DNA from: Candidatus Thermosaccharophagus tengchongensis | GTDB lineage: Bacteria; Armatimonadota; Fervidibacteria; Fervidibacterales; Thermosaccharophagaceae | Reading direction: 5' to 3' (one strand) | DNA: 64,000 bases | NCBI GenBank assembly: GCA_032161105.1 | Contig: JAVHTD010000003.1 | Shown here: positions 10,718-20,933 of the stretch, one piece after another | Numbering within the stretch: the stretch's first letter is position 1 | How the letters are laid out: each line of letters starts with the position of its first letter | The notes under the pieces: model-generated | Database searches by the model: none | The model's input: the letters and a program-made list of their open reading frames with translations, nothing else | What the model was told of the DNA's origin: nothing | Position numbers and translations under genes: made by a program

Positions 10718-11170
10718 TCATTCAGCCTTCGCGATCACGCGCACCTTCAACTTGACGCTCACACCGCGATGCAAGTCAATGGGGACATTGTGCAAGCCAA
10801 CCGTGTGAATTGGCTCTTCAAGTTCTATCTGGCGCCTGTCAAGCTCAATCCCAAACTGCTTTTTCAGGCAATCGGCTATCTCCTGTGAAGTGACTGCCGC
10901 ATGCAACCTTCCGTCCTTACCAGCTGGCACCTGTATCTCAACGATGGCAGATTCAAGTTGCTCCTTTATCCTCTTTGCGGCTTCAGCGGCGCGCTCTTCC
11001 CTCTGCTTCATCATGCACAGCATATGCTCACGCTGCTTGAGCGAGCTCTCGGTCGCCGGCACCGCAAGTCCCTTCGGGATAAGGTAGTTCCTCGCATAGC
11101 CATCAGAAACTTCAACTATGTCAAGCCTATTGCCAACCTTCGGAACATCCTGAATCAGAATCACTTTCAC
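10718..11170 (-). CDS. rplI: 50S ribosomal protein L9
   Basis: MKVILIQDV, GYARNYLIPKGLA; adjacent to dnaB. Confidence 0.95.
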   Translation of the reverse strand: MKVILIQDVPKVGNRLDIVEVSDGYARNYLIPKGLAVPATESSLKQREHMLCMMKQREERAAEAAKRIKEQLESAIVEIQVPAGKDGRLHAAVTSQEIADCLKKQFGIELDRRQIELEEPIHTVGLHNVPIDLHRGVSVKLKVRVIAKAE

Positions 11171-11413
11171 AGCGCAGCACCCCCCCCACTTCAACTTGCC
11201 GATGGCATTTCACCCACTTCCCATTATGCCGACATCGCTTTCTGTGCCTGAGTTAAAGCATGCCGCCTTCACACACCTTCATCACAGTGTCAAAGTCAAA
11301 CAGCCCCTTCCGGACCGCGAACCCAAGTTTAAAGCCACACCAAACGGAGGAACAAAGTCACAGCACATAACTTCGCTGAATGCCCATAGCTTCATCCAGC
11401 CGACAGACTGCGT

Positions 11414-13276
11414 TCATTCACCCAAGCGCCACTCAAGACCCACACCCAACCTGCCACCACGGCGCAACTCCTCAACGCCGATCCGCATGTAAAGCCCCTG
11501 CAGCAACCTCAAGCGAAGCCATGCGTTGTAATTCGGGTGGCTCGCATCGTAAGCGTTTAGCGAGAGTAAGCCGCCTTTGAAGCGCCAATCCAAACCGACG
11601 CCCAATTCGGAGCGATACACGCCAGCGCGCACAGCAAAGTTATCCGAGAGGAATTGACCGAGCTGCGCGATGCCATAACCCTTACCGCTGAGGTCATGCA
11701 CCCCAACCAAGCCGAATGAACGCCTGTATGGCGATGTGATTACAGCCTCAGCATCTCCGACTCCACCGCTGCCATTAAGATGCCAGATTGAGAGCGATGG
11801 CTGAACGCGCACGCGGGTCAACTCACGCACCGGGCGTTGTATATCGGATACGACCTCACTCCCGCGCTTTGCGAGTTCGCTCGCAGCCTTTGTAACCTCA
11901 GCAGCATTGAGAATCGTTTGCTTCACGCCAGCCATGAACTCCTCGCTTGAGGTCACCTCCTTCAAGTTAGCTGTGAGCTCCTTCACATTTTCGGTTGACT
12001 CGCGGAGGTTTGCGATAGCCAAGCGCACATTCTCGGCAACACCACCCTCGGTCACAAGCCATTTGAGCATCTTTGAGGTCTCCTCCAAGTTCTCGGACAG
12101 CCCTGCGAGGTTCTCCGTCAAGCGCTTGATGCTTTCCCTGTTCTCTGAGATCGTCTGGCGCAACTCGGATACGGTCTCTTCAAACTCCTTCATGCCCTTC
12201 GAACCAGATTGGAGAAGCTCATCGGCTTCGTCAAGCACTTTGGTTAACCTTCCGCGAAGCTCCTTATCGGAGAGCAACTCGGAAAGACGCTTGCTTGCCT
12301 CACCGATGTTTGCAATGGATGTGCGCAATCCCTCCCTCAACTCCTTGTCGGAGAGCAATTCATTGAGCTGCCTTGAAGCGCCCTCAATGTTGGCTACAGC
12401 CTTCACGATTGCCCCGCGAAGCTCCTTATCGGAGAGGAGCAATTGAAGCTCCTTGGAGGCGCGCTCCAAGTTGGAGATGAGTTTTGGCAGATCCTCTTGC
12501 AGGCGCCTGTCCGAGAGCAACCGCTTTAACTTCTCGGTCGCCTCGGATACATTTGCCGCTGTCACACTGATTGACTTGCGCAGCTTGGGATCACTTATGA
12601 GCATCTCAAGCTGCCTTGATGCACCTTCAATGTGCATTGCCGTCCGCTTAACAGCACCGATGAGCTGCGGGTCACCAGTTAACATGCGCAAGTTTTTGGC
12701 AGCCTTTGAAAGCTCTTTAGCCACATTGTGTATGGACTCTTGGAATGACTTGTCGCCTATCAGTCTCTCAAATGCGAGGGAAAGCCCATTTAAGTGGTCA
12801 ACGAGCTCTTGAGCCCTCGGAATGAGCTCCTCAAGCTCAACCGGCTCAACACCCTTCACAACAGCGCCGCTGCGCAACCTTTGCAGCTTGCCAACCACCT
12901 TTGGTGCGTCAACGCTCACATAAGCTTGCCCAAGCAACGGATGAACGCGAATTGAGAACCTTGAGTTGCGATAGACTGGCGCATCAGCTCTGACGATGGC
13001 TCTAACTGCAACTTTACCGTCGGGGCGGAACGAAACATCCCTAACAGTTCCAACCTTGACACCTTGCACATAAACCTCAGCGCCGCTGCGCAGACCGTGA
13101 GCGTCACTAACTACCACAGTGAACTGAATGCCGCGTTGAAACCATTTGAGCGGGCGGAGGAAAAAGACGACGGATACAAATAGAACCAGTGCGAGGGAGA
13201 CGAGCACGCCAACTTTAATCTCAATGTAGCGGCGCAACGCTGACCACCATCCCTTAAGTGCTTTTTGTTTAGCCAC
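11414..13276 (-). CDS. mlaD: Long MCE/MlaD family protein with helical repeats and beta-rich C-terminus
   Basis: TM, MCE motif DAHGL..GAEV..GVKVG.V, long helical region; follows mlaE-mlaF. Confidence 0.85.
   Translation of the reverse strand: MAKQKALKGWWSALRRYIEIKVGVLVSLALVLFVSVVFFLRPLKWFQRGIQFTVVVSDAHGLRSGAEVYVQGVKVGTVRDVSFRPDGKVAVRAIVRADAPVYRNSRFSIRVHPLLGQAYVSVDAPKVVGKLQRLRSGAVVKGVEPVELEELIPRAQELVDHLNGLSLAFERLIGDKSFQESIHNVAKELSKAAKNLRMLTGDPQLIGAVKRTAMHIEGASRQLEMLISDPKLRKSISVTAANVSEATEKLKRLLSDRRLQEDLPKLISNLERASKELQLLLSDKELRGAIVKAVANIEGASRQLNELLSDKELREGLRTSIANIGEASKRLSELLSDKELRGRLTKVLDEADELLQSGSKGMKEFEETVSELRQTISENRESIKRLTENLAGLSENLEETSKMLKWLVTEGGVAENVRLAIANLRESTENVKELTANLKEVTSSEEFMAGVKQTILNAAEVTKAASELAKRGSEVVSDIQRPVRELTRVRVQPSLSIWHLNGSGGVGDAEAVITSPYRRSFGLVGVHDLSGKGYGIAQLGQFLSDNFAVRAGVYRSELGVGLDWRFKGGLLSLNAYDASHPNYNAWLRLRLLQGLYMRIGVEELRRGGRLGVGLEWRLGE
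12206..12772 (-). repeat. Seven tandem 81-bp (27-aa) coding repeats in mlaD
   Basis: Units begin FERLIGDK, LRMLTGDP, LEMLISDP, LKRLLSDR, LQLLLSDK, LNELLSDK, LSELLSDK; CTCCTTRTCGGAGAG recurs at 81-bp spacing. Confidence 0.85.
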
Positions 13277-13313
13277 ACCTCATCGGCGAACTTCGGTATG
13301 GAGGCATAGGAAC

Positions 13314-14078
13314 TCAGGCTCCATGAACGCCAAAGCGAATGAACTTTTGCACGAGCGGATGATGGCTTGTCCTAATCGCCAGCGGCGTGTCGCAGACGAG
13401 TATCCTGCCATCGTGCAGCATCGCCATTCTGTCTGCGAGTTCAAAAGCGCTGTGTATGTCGTGCGTCACTATGACCGATGTCACACCATACCTTTTCCTC
13501 ATGTCGGAGATCAGCTTGTTTATTGCGTCAGCTGTGATCGGGTCTAAACCGCTCGTTGGCTCATCATAAAGCACAATCTCAGGATGCAGCGCAAGCGCCC
13601 TCGCAATGCCGATTCGCTTCCTCATTCCGCCGCTCAGCTCGGCTGGGAGAAGATGCCCGCTGTCGCTCATCCCGACGGCGTCAAGCAGCTCAATGACTCG
13701 TCCAATGATCTCGTCCTCAGTCATATCAGTGTGCTCGCGCAGTGGGAATGCGACATTTTCAAAGGCGGTGAGCGAATCAAACAGGGCGCCAAATTGAAAA
13801 ACCACCCCAAGGCGCTTCCTCACATCATTCAGTTGCCTTTCCGGAAGCGAAGTTATGTCAACTCCGAGCACCCTCACAACGCCGTATGTTGGGCGAAGCA
13901 AACCAGCAATCAGTTTTAGCAGCGTGCTCTTGCCGGCACCGGATGCACCAATGACGCACATTATCTCACCGCGCCTGACGCTCAAGCTGATGCCGCTTAA
14001 CACCTTCGTCCCATCTGGAGCTTCATAGTGCACATCGTCAAGCTCAATAACAATCTCGTCTTCGGCAATCCCTTTCAA
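13314..14078 (-). CDS. mlaF: MlaF-type ABC ATPase
   Basis: GASGAGKS, FQFGALFDSL, LSGGMRKR, YDEPTSGLDP. Confidence 0.92.
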   Translation of the reverse strand: MKGIAEDEIVIELDDVHYEAPDGTKVLSGISLSVRRGEIMCVIGASGAGKSTLLKLIAGLLRPTYGVVRVLGVDITSLPERQLNDVRKRLGVVFQFGALFDSLTAFENVAFPLREHTDMTEDEIIGRVIELLDAVGMSDSGHLLPAELSGGMRKRIGIARALALHPEIVLYDEPTSGLDPITADAINKLISDMRKRYGVTSVIVTHDIHSAFELADRMAMLHDGRILVCDTPLAIRTSHHPLVQKFIRFGVHGA

Positions 14079-14090
14079 GGCTCATTCGCC

Positions 14091-14948
14091 TCACTTCGGG
14101 AGCACGGACGACATTACAACATCGGCAACATACACGAATATGAGCGATAGGACAACTGCATCAGTTGTTGCCCTCCCGACGCCCATCGCGCCTCCAGTGG
14201 TCTCCAGACCCTGATGGCAGCTCACGATGGCGATGAGTATGCCAAATGGCACTGACTTGATTAACCCGATGAGCAAGTCTGTCACGGTGAGGAAGCTCCT
14301 GATTGAGTCCAAGAAAATATTCGGGTGAACACCGACGGCACTCGCAATGATCATGCCGCTCAATGTGCCAGCAATGTCGGCGAGCATCGTCAAAGCGGGC
14401 ATCATGATTATGCATGCGAGCATTCTCGGAACGACGAGGTAAGCGATTGGATCAACGGCGAGCGAGCGCAGGGCATCAATTTGTTCCGTCACCTTCATCG
14501 TCCCGAGTTCAGCCGCAAACGCAGCACCGACCCTCGCAGCAACAACGATGGCTGTCACCATAGGTCCGAGTTCGCGCACAATAGTGTATGCGAGCAGCCA
14601 GCCAACAAAATGCCCAGCGCCCCTCGTCGCCAACTCCTTCGCCGTGTAAAGCGAGAGCACTATGCCAGCCGATGAAACCGTTAAGAGGACAATGAGCAAC
14701 GATCTAACGCCGACCTCGTCCATTTGCTCAACGAGTTGGCGCAAGCGCAAGCGCTCACTAAATGCTGCCCTAACCGTGTCGGCAAAAAGCAATGCCACCT
14801 CGCCCAAGTAAGCTATCGGCATGATGATGAATTCGCCAATCCCATACTGCTTTGCCGGGCGTATCAATTGCCATTTAATCTTGCTGCGGTTGTTGAGCGC
14901 CCCACCATGATGAGCCATCGCCAAACTTCGCCCCCTGTGCGCTACCAT
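14091..14948 (-). CDS. mlaE: MlaE-type permease; start uncertain
   Basis: RELGP, AELGTMKVTEQIDAL, GVGRATT. Confidence 0.92.
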   Translation of the reverse strand: MVAHRGRSLAMAHHGGALNNRSKIKWQLIRPAKQYGIGEFIIMPIAYLGEVALLFADTVRAAFSERLRLRQLVEQMDEVGVRSLLIVLLTVSSAGIVLSLYTAKELATRGAGHFVGWLLAYTIVRELGPMVTAIVVAARVGAAFAAELGTMKVTEQIDALRSLAVDPIAYLVVPRMLACIIMMPALTMLADIAGTLSGMIIASAVGVHPNIFLDSIRSFLTVTDLLIGLIKSVPFGILIAIVSCHQGLETTGGAMGVGRATTDAVVLSLIFVYVADVVMSSVLPK

Positions 14949-15054
14949 TAATGCTGCAACGAGCTAAAGCTCTAAAACGATGCCACCACTCAATGAATTT
15001 AGACATGTGTCATCTCCATCAGGGTAGGGTAAATCGGCGGGCGGTGCGCCTAAC

Positions 15055-15612
15055 ATGCTATTGCTCAAAGTGCTCTTGGCAATATGCGTTGGCATCGGTT
15101 TGCTCATCATCCCCATCGGCATGCCCGGAACGGTTGTCATCTTCATTGCGGCTCTCATCTATGGCATTGCCACAAAGTTTAGCAGGATAAGTGTTGTGGC
15201 ATTGCTCATGCAGTTCGCCCTATGCCTCATCGCCGAATGTGGCGACAATATGTTGAGCATGCTCCTTGCAAAGCGGAGTGGGGCATCCGGCAGGTCAATG
15301 GTTTGGTCAATCCTTGGCGCTATTGGTGGTGGCATAGTTGGTGCCAAGCTGAGTGCGGTGCTCATTGCCCTCATCGCCTTTGGTGTGCCATTTGTAATCA
15401 TAGCGCCACTTGCCATAGCATTTGTGACATTCGCGTTCGCCATACTCGGAGCATTCACAGCGACATTCGCATGCGAACTGCTCTCAGGGAAAAGCCGTCC
15501 CGAGGCGCTCGCCATCGCAAAGGCGGCTATCATGGGGAGGGTGCTCGGGACGGTGCTCAAACTCGGGATAGCACTCGCTATGGCAGCCATCGTTATCAGC
15601 GCCATGTTTTAA
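15055..15612 (+). CDS. DUF456 family membrane protein
   Basis: IPIGMPGT, AKRSGAS and GAIGGGIVG pattern. Confidence 0.7.
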   Translation: MLLLKVLLAICVGIGLLIIPIGMPGTVVIFIAALIYGIATKFSRISVVALLMQFALCLIAECGDNMLSMLLAKRSGASGRSMVWSILGAIGGGIVGAKLSAVLIALIAFGVPFVIIAPLAIAFVTFAFAILGAFTATFACELLSGKSRPEALAIAKAAIMGRVLGTVLKLGIALAMAAIVISAMF

Positions 15613-15686
15613 GGTGGCATTTCGGCTTCGCTGCGGCAAACTCAACTCATCGGCAGTGTGTGCATTTACACGGTGAGGTGAGATCG

Positions 15687-15956
15687 GTGAGCGAAACCCA
15701 ATCTGTTGATGAGCAGCCGAGAAAGACCTTACAAGAGCGCGTTGCTGAGGCGCTCGAGGAAATCAGACATTATCTGCGCATGGACGGCGGCGATATTGAG
15801 CTTGTAGACATTGACGAGGCAAACGGAATCGTGCATGTGCGCCTTACGGGTGCATGCGGGGCGTGTCCGTTTGCTCAATTCACATTGCGGCTTGCCGTTG
15901 AAAGCCACATCAAAGAGCGCGTCTCAGAAGTGCGCCAAGTGCTCGCTGTTGAATGA
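15687..15956 (+). CDS. NifU-C/NfuA-like Fe-S cluster carrier
   Basis: IRHYLRMDGGDIELV and GACGACP; GTG start after GGTGAGG. Confidence 0.88.
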   Translation: MSETQSVDEQPRKTLQERVAEALEEIRHYLRMDGGDIELVDIDEANGIVHVRLTGACGACPFAQFTLRLAVESHIKERVSEVRQVLAVE

Positions 15957-15999
15957 ACAACCCGCTCAACCCAAACGCAGCTTGATAGATGCCTCAACA

Positions 16000-16590
16000 T
16001 CAAGTTGAATAACCATTGTGTCCGAGCAACTTCCAAGTGGACGGCATTACAACGGCAGCCATCAAAGCTTTGATGATGTCACCCGGTATGAACGGAAGAA
16101 TGCCCATGATGAATGCCCGCTTTATACCAACAAAATGGGAGAGCTGTGCGGCACCAAATGCATAGATGGTGAATGTGCCAAGCAGCGCCGAAACGAAAGC
16201 GAGCCGAAAGTTTCTATCCCAACCGAACTCGGAAAGGCGTCCAACAAGCCAAGCCGCCGCGATGAACCCAATCAGATAGCCACCCGTCGGTCCGAACATG
16301 TGCTTCCATCCATGAGCGCCGCCGGCAAAGGCAGGCACTCCAATCGCACCAAAGGCGATGTATGTGGCAACTGTGATGGCACCACGCAATGAGCCAAATG
16401 AGAGACCAATGAGGAGCACACCAAATGTTTGAAGTGTTATGGGCACTGGGGTGAACGGCAACGGTATGCGCGCCTGCGACAGCAGCATAAGCAACATGCT
16501 GCCGAACAACACCAGTGAGAGCTCACGGGCGATGGGCAAGCGATCGGACAGCCTCATTGTGCAAACTTCTGCCAGCGTCAAATCACGCAT
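16000..16590 (-). CDS. bioY: Biotin transporter S component
   Basis: PFTPVPITLQT, GPTGGYLIGF, PFIPGDIIK. Confidence 0.92.
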   Translation of the reverse strand: MRDLTLAEVCTMRLSDRLPIARELSLVLFGSMLLMLLSQARIPLPFTPVPITLQTFGVLLIGLSFGSLRGAITVATYIAFGAIGVPAFAGGAHGWKHMFGPTGGYLIGFIAAAWLVGRLSEFGWDRNFRLAFVSALLGTFTIYAFGAAQLSHFVGIKRAFIMGILPFIPGDIIKALMAAVVMPSTWKLLGHNGYST

Positions 16591-16760
16591 CCATATCACC
16601 CCTCACCCAAGCATTATGATGCATGAAATGCATCGGCATTGTTGATGCGCTTGGTCAATACACTTGCGATGACATAACTTGTGGGCAAACATTACATGTG
16701 GAAAAAATATCATGGCAATTGATGCAACAAGCGTAATGCCAAGGGTAGAGGTGAAGTGGT

Positions 16761-18896
16761 ATGGAAACTACGGTCTGCCAGAGCTGCGGTGCTCGTAATG
16801 CAGCGCGAGCATCAGTATGCTGGCGATGCTATGCGCCGCTGAAGGGCAATGCAGCGCAGCCATCGGCGATTACCGTTCACCCATTTGCACAGTTGCTTCG
16901 CTCAAGCGCCGCGAGGTATCTCGCTGAAGTTCCACCCTATCAATGGTTTGCGCTGTTTGCAATCCTGCTTTTGCTCGGCATGGTGATGGTGCTTCGCCCA
17001 AGCGGCGAGGCTTTCTCATTACTTATCATTCGCGCCTCGCTTTTCATTCTCGGTGCTCTGGCAATGGATACTGCACTTGGGCAGGGAGGGATTGATCTAT
17101 CAATCGGCGCAACTGCGGCGCTTTCGGGGAGCATCGCCCTGCTTCTCCTGCCGATTGATGTAAGCGCTGCTGCGGCTGGTGGCTTCATCGCCGGCATACT
17201 CATGGGTCTAATCAATGCCCTCATAGTCGGCGTTGTGCCGATGCCGAAGGCAATAACCACAATTGCAACCGGCGCTTTAGCCCTCTACCTTTCCATCTCC
17301 ATTCGCGGCAAGCTGCCGCCAACTTGGGAGGATGCCCTCTTCGCCTTCCTATGCCGTGGGAGCGTATATGGCATCCCGCTGCCAGCACTCGTTATGGTGC
17401 TTATTGTGCTTGCCTTCTACTTCGTCTGGCTGAAGGAACTCACCAGAGTCGCCCCAACAAGGCATCGCCGAATGCCGGTAAGCGTTGAGCGTGTTTGGAT
17501 TGAGCCGGTATACATCTTCAGCGGATTGATTGCGGGCATTGTTGGCGTGCTCGGTGCTGCCGGGAGCAATGTGACCATGCAGCCGCTTGCGCCGGATTGG
17601 ACATGGGTGCTTGCACCATTAGTCGGGGCATTGATTGGCGGTGCAACATTATCCGGTGATGTCGGTGGAGTTGGCTCAGCAATTCTTGGCGGCATATTGC
17701 TGACGCTCATTTTGTCCCTCTGCGAGGAACTGCGCCTTCCGATTGCCGGATTGCCACTCGTCACATTGCTCCTGTTCGCCTCCGTCTACATGGATGGCTT
17801 AAAGCGAGCCACCTATGAGGATTTGAAGGCTGCATGGAAGCGATTTCTCGTCCGCCTTTGGGGTGAGGAACTTGACAGGACAAAGATGGCTCGCACTCTA
17901 TTTTGCATGTTCCTTGCATGCTGTGCGATTGTCTTCATTTGCTATGCCGCTGTCAGCTACTATGCCGTCAATAGAGTTCCACCGCACTTTGCCATGGCAT
18001 TACAGCCCTCTGGCGAGGTTGAAGTCCAAGTCAGTGAAGGATTGCCTTGGCAGCCAGTGCATCATCGGCAACTGCTAAGTGAGGGTGAAAGGGTGCGCCT
18101 CGGAGATGGCGCACGCATGCTTCTAAGATTCAGTGACGGGAGCACAATGGATGTGCGTGGCAGTTCGGAGTTCACATTGCTCTCAATTGATGACATGAGC
18201 ACCGGCATGCCGAGCACGAGATTTGAACTCACCTCAGGTGACTTGTGGGCGTGGATAAAGCGTTACATTGAGCGCCCAACTGATTACTCAATTGAGACGC
18301 CGGCTGTGGTTCTCGGTGTGCGCGGGACAAGGTTCAGGACGACCGTGAAAGGCGGAGAGGCGAGTGTATCAGTGATTGACGGAGCTGTTGCAGCGCATGT
18401 TCCGAGGGGCACGGAGATGATCACCGCCGGCGAGGGGGCACTCATAAGCAAGGTAACGAGGGCTATAAGGAAGATGCGCATCGCCGAAAACATATTGGCA
18501 TCGCTGCGTGCCGAATTCGCAGCTCTGCAAAGGTTGGTGGCAAAGGAGCTTCGGAGGGCTTGGAGGAATAACCTGCTTGAGCGCGGTTGGATTGTGTTGT
18601 GCATCGTGCTGATCGCCTTTAGCGCATTCAGCGCTTACATCTTCCACCTTGAGCGCCTTGAGGAGCAAAGGAAAGCCCTCTGGGATAGGCAATCTCAGAT
18701 GCTCGGCTTGGTGCACCTATATGTGCAGCAAAGGCGGCTTGATGAGGCGAGAAGGCTGCTCTACAAGATCATTGAGGAAGACCCACAGAGTGAATGGGGT
18801 ATAAGGGCGCAGCGCATGCTTGAAGAATGGGATGCGCAGAGAAGGGAAATTGAGGGTGAGGAGGACGAGGGAAAGCCGCATAGTGGCGGGCAGTGA
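16761..18896 (+). CDS. Fusion protein: Zn-ribbon + RbsC-like ABC permease + FecR domain + TM + TPR-like tail
   Basis: CQSC..CWRC; GGIDLSIGA, GIP, YIFSG, IGGATLSG; LRFSDGS, IETP..GVRGTRF, VSVIDGAV. Confidence 0.75.
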   Translation: METTVCQSCGARNAARASVCWRCYAPLKGNAAQPSAITVHPFAQLLRSSAARYLAEVPPYQWFALFAILLLLGMVMVLRPSGEAFSLLIIRASLFILGALAMDTALGQGGIDLSIGATAALSGSIALLLLPIDVSAAAAGGFIAGILMGLINALIVGVVPMPKAITTIATGALALYLSISIRGKLPPTWEDALFAFLCRGSVYGIPLPALVMVLIVLAFYFVWLKELTRVAPTRHRRMPVSVERVWIEPVYIFSGLIAGIVGVLGAAGSNVTMQPLAPDWTWVLAPLVGALIGGATLSGDVGGVGSAILGGILLTLILSLCEELRLPIAGLPLVTLLLFASVYMDGLKRATYEDLKAAWKRFLVRLWGEELDRTKMARTLFCMFLACCAIVFICYAAVSYYAVNRVPPHFAMALQPSGEVEVQVSEGLPWQPVHHRQLLSEGERVRLGDGARMLLRFSDGSTMDVRGSSEFTLLSIDDMSTGMPSTRFELTSGDLWAWIKRYIERPTDYSIETPAVVLGVRGTRFRTTVKGGEASVSVIDGAVAAHVPRGTEMITAGEGALISKVTRAIRKMRIAENILASLRAEFAALQRLVAKELRRAWRNNLLERGWIVLCIVLIAFSAFSAYIFHLERLEEQRKALWDRQSQMLGLVHLYVQQRRLDEARRLLYKIIEEDPQSEWGIRAQRMLEEWDAQRREIEGEEDEGKPHSGGQ

Positions 18897-18911
18897 AGAA
18901 GCCGCACCCCG

Positions 18912-20933
18912 ATGTGCGCCTTCATCATAACTCAAAAGCGCAAGGGTGATGATGTATTGAGCGCCCCAACAATGCAGCAGCGGTATGAGCGCGTCAGCGT
19001 TGCCCTCGGCATTGTCAGCGGCGTTTTGGTCTGTGCGCTTTTCCTATTGCGAATACCACCAATGCCGCAGCTTGATGATTGGCTGCTCAGGCAATGGTTT
19101 CTGCTACGAGGTGAACTGACCCACCCTGATGACATAGTCATCGTCGCGATAGACGACGAGAGCATAAGGCAGCTTGGTCGCTTCCCGTGGAGGCGAAGCG
19201 TGCATGCGAAGCTCCTGAAACACTTGAGGATGGCTAAAGTTGTGGTCATGGACATTTTGTTCGTTGAGCCGGATACGGAGCACCCAAGAGATGATGAACT
19301 CCTGAGCAACGCTATAGCTGAATGCGGCAACATCATCCTCCCAATGCTATACCTCGGTGAATCGCGCCCGCCACGAACTGACGATGAATGGAAGGCGCTC
19401 GAGATGGCATTGTGCAAGTTCGGGTATGCGCAGCTGAGAGGCATTGAGGGACTTTTTAAGGCGCTCATTGACGCAACGGCATCAGATGCGCATGAGGTTC
19501 TCAGGGCGCCAATAATGCCGTTCGTTGCCGGGTGCGCCGGCGCCGGAATAGCTCACTCACACCCTGACACAACGGGCATATACCGGCAGCTGCCGCTCGG
19601 AATGCCGGTTGAATGCCGAAGCAGCACGGACAAGCTGCGCGTATTGCCGAGTGTTGCCGTTGAAGCTGCAAGGATGGCTCTCGGCTTAAATAGGGATGAA
19701 ATTGAATTCCTCAAGGGCGGCGTGAAACTCGGCGGCACTTTTGTCCCAACGAGTGGTCCGAATTGGCTTATGGACATCAACTTCGTCGGCGGCAGGGGCG
19801 CATTCTACCAGCTGCCTTATCACCTTGTGTGCTCCGGGAGGGTCAGCGAAAAGGAGTTTGCCAATAAGATAGTCATTGTCGGGTTCACTGCCGAGGGGCT
19901 TTATGATATCCGCCCATCACCATTTAGCCAGTCCACATACGGTGTTGAGGTTTTGGCTAATGCAATACACACGCTTGTCCATGGGCAGCACCTCCGCCGT
20001 TTACCGCGCGGCTTTACCATGCTGCTCATCCTCGTCACCTCTGTGCTTCTTTCGTGGGCGCTGCCACGAATCAACCCATTGCTTGCCGTGTTAGTCATCG
20101 TCGCTTTAGCCTGTGCAATTATGCTGGCATGCGTGAAGCTCCTTTCGGAAAACATCCTTATCAACGCCTCACCGCTATACGCCGGTGCGATGCTCTCCTA
20201 TGCTCTTGTCACATCGTGGGGATATTTCAGCATCGGCAGAGAACACAGGCGCATCAAGAACCTGTTTGCCCTTTATGTGAGCGAGGAGATAGCCGAAAGG
20301 TTAGCCCGCTACCCGGAACTTGCAGCCATCGGTGGCGAAGAGAGGGAAGTGAGTGTGCTCTTTGCCGACATAAGGGACTTCACCGCAACGATGCAGCGTC
20401 TCGGCGCAAGAAAGCTCACAAAACTGTTAACCGAATACTTTACCGCCATGTCGGATGTGATAAAGCGCTACGGCGGCTTCGTTGATAAATTCGTCGGCGA
20501 CGAAGTGATGGCTTTGTTTGGTGCTCCAATGCCGATGGATAAACACGCACTCAGTGCCGTTATGGCTGCGCTTGAGATGCGCGCAGTGGCTGAATCACTC
20601 TCGCGAAGGTGGCGTGAACGAGGAGACCCCCAACTCAGAATCGGCATCGGCATATCCACGGGAATCGCATCAGTGGGAAACTTCGGAGCCGTTGACAGAT
20701 TCCAATACACTGCATTTGGCGATGCCGTCAACCTGGCTTCAAGGTTGCAGGCGCTGACGAAGGAGACAAATGCTACAATCCTTGTCTGCCCACGGACGGC
20801 GAGCGAAGTTGAGGATGTGGTTGAGCTTAGGTCTATTGGTAAGGTCACTGTGCGCGGCTTTAGCGAGCCAATAGAAATCTTTGAAGTCGTCGGAGTGAAG
20901 CCAAAAGGGAATGCCACCTCATCCGCCAGATGA
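18912..20933 (+). CDS. CHASE2 domain class III adenylate cyclase; start may be TTG 18957
   Basis: IVIVAIDDES..LGRFPW.R, YGVEVLAN, 3 TM, VLFADIRDFT, DKFVGD, YTAFGDAVNLASRL. Confidence 0.92.
   Translation: MCAFIITQKRKGDDVLSAPTMQQRYERVSVALGIVSGVLVCALFLLRIPPMPQLDDWLLRQWFLLRGELTHPDDIVIVAIDDESIRQLGRFPWRRSVHAKLLKHLRMAKVVVMDILFVEPDTEHPRDDELLSNAIAECGNIILPMLYLGESRPPRTDDEWKALEMALCKFGYAQLRGIEGLFKALIDATASDAHEVLRAPIMPFVAGCAGAGIAHSHPDTTGIYRQLPLGMPVECRSSTDKLRVLPSVAVEAARMALGLNRDEIEFLKGGVKLGGTFVPTSGPNWLMDINFVGGRGAFYQLPYHLVCSGRVSEKEFANKIVIVGFTAEGLYDIRPSPFSQSTYGVEVLANAIHTLVHGQHLRRLPRGFTMLLILVTSVLLSWALPRINPLLAVLVIVALACAIMLACVKLLSENILINASPLYAGAMLSYALVTSWGYFSIGREHRRIKNLFALYVSEEIAERLARYPELAAIGGEEREVSVLFADIRDFTATMQRLGARKLTKLLTEYFTAMSDVIKRYGGFVDKFVGDEVMALFGAPMPMDKHALSAVMAALEMRAVAESLSRRWRERGDPQLRIGIGISTGIASVGNFGAVDRFQYTAFGDAVNLASRLQALTKETNATILVCPRTASEVEDVVELRSIGKVTVRGFSEPIEIFEVVGVKPKGNATSSAR

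Noticed and set aside
12206..12772. Regularly spaced repeats as a CRISPR array
   Set aside because: In-frame, degenerate coding repeats within mlaD; no cas genes
15222..15686. Long N-terminal extension on the NifU-like ORF
   Set aside because: Alternate frame of the DUF456 gene; a better start is GTG 15687
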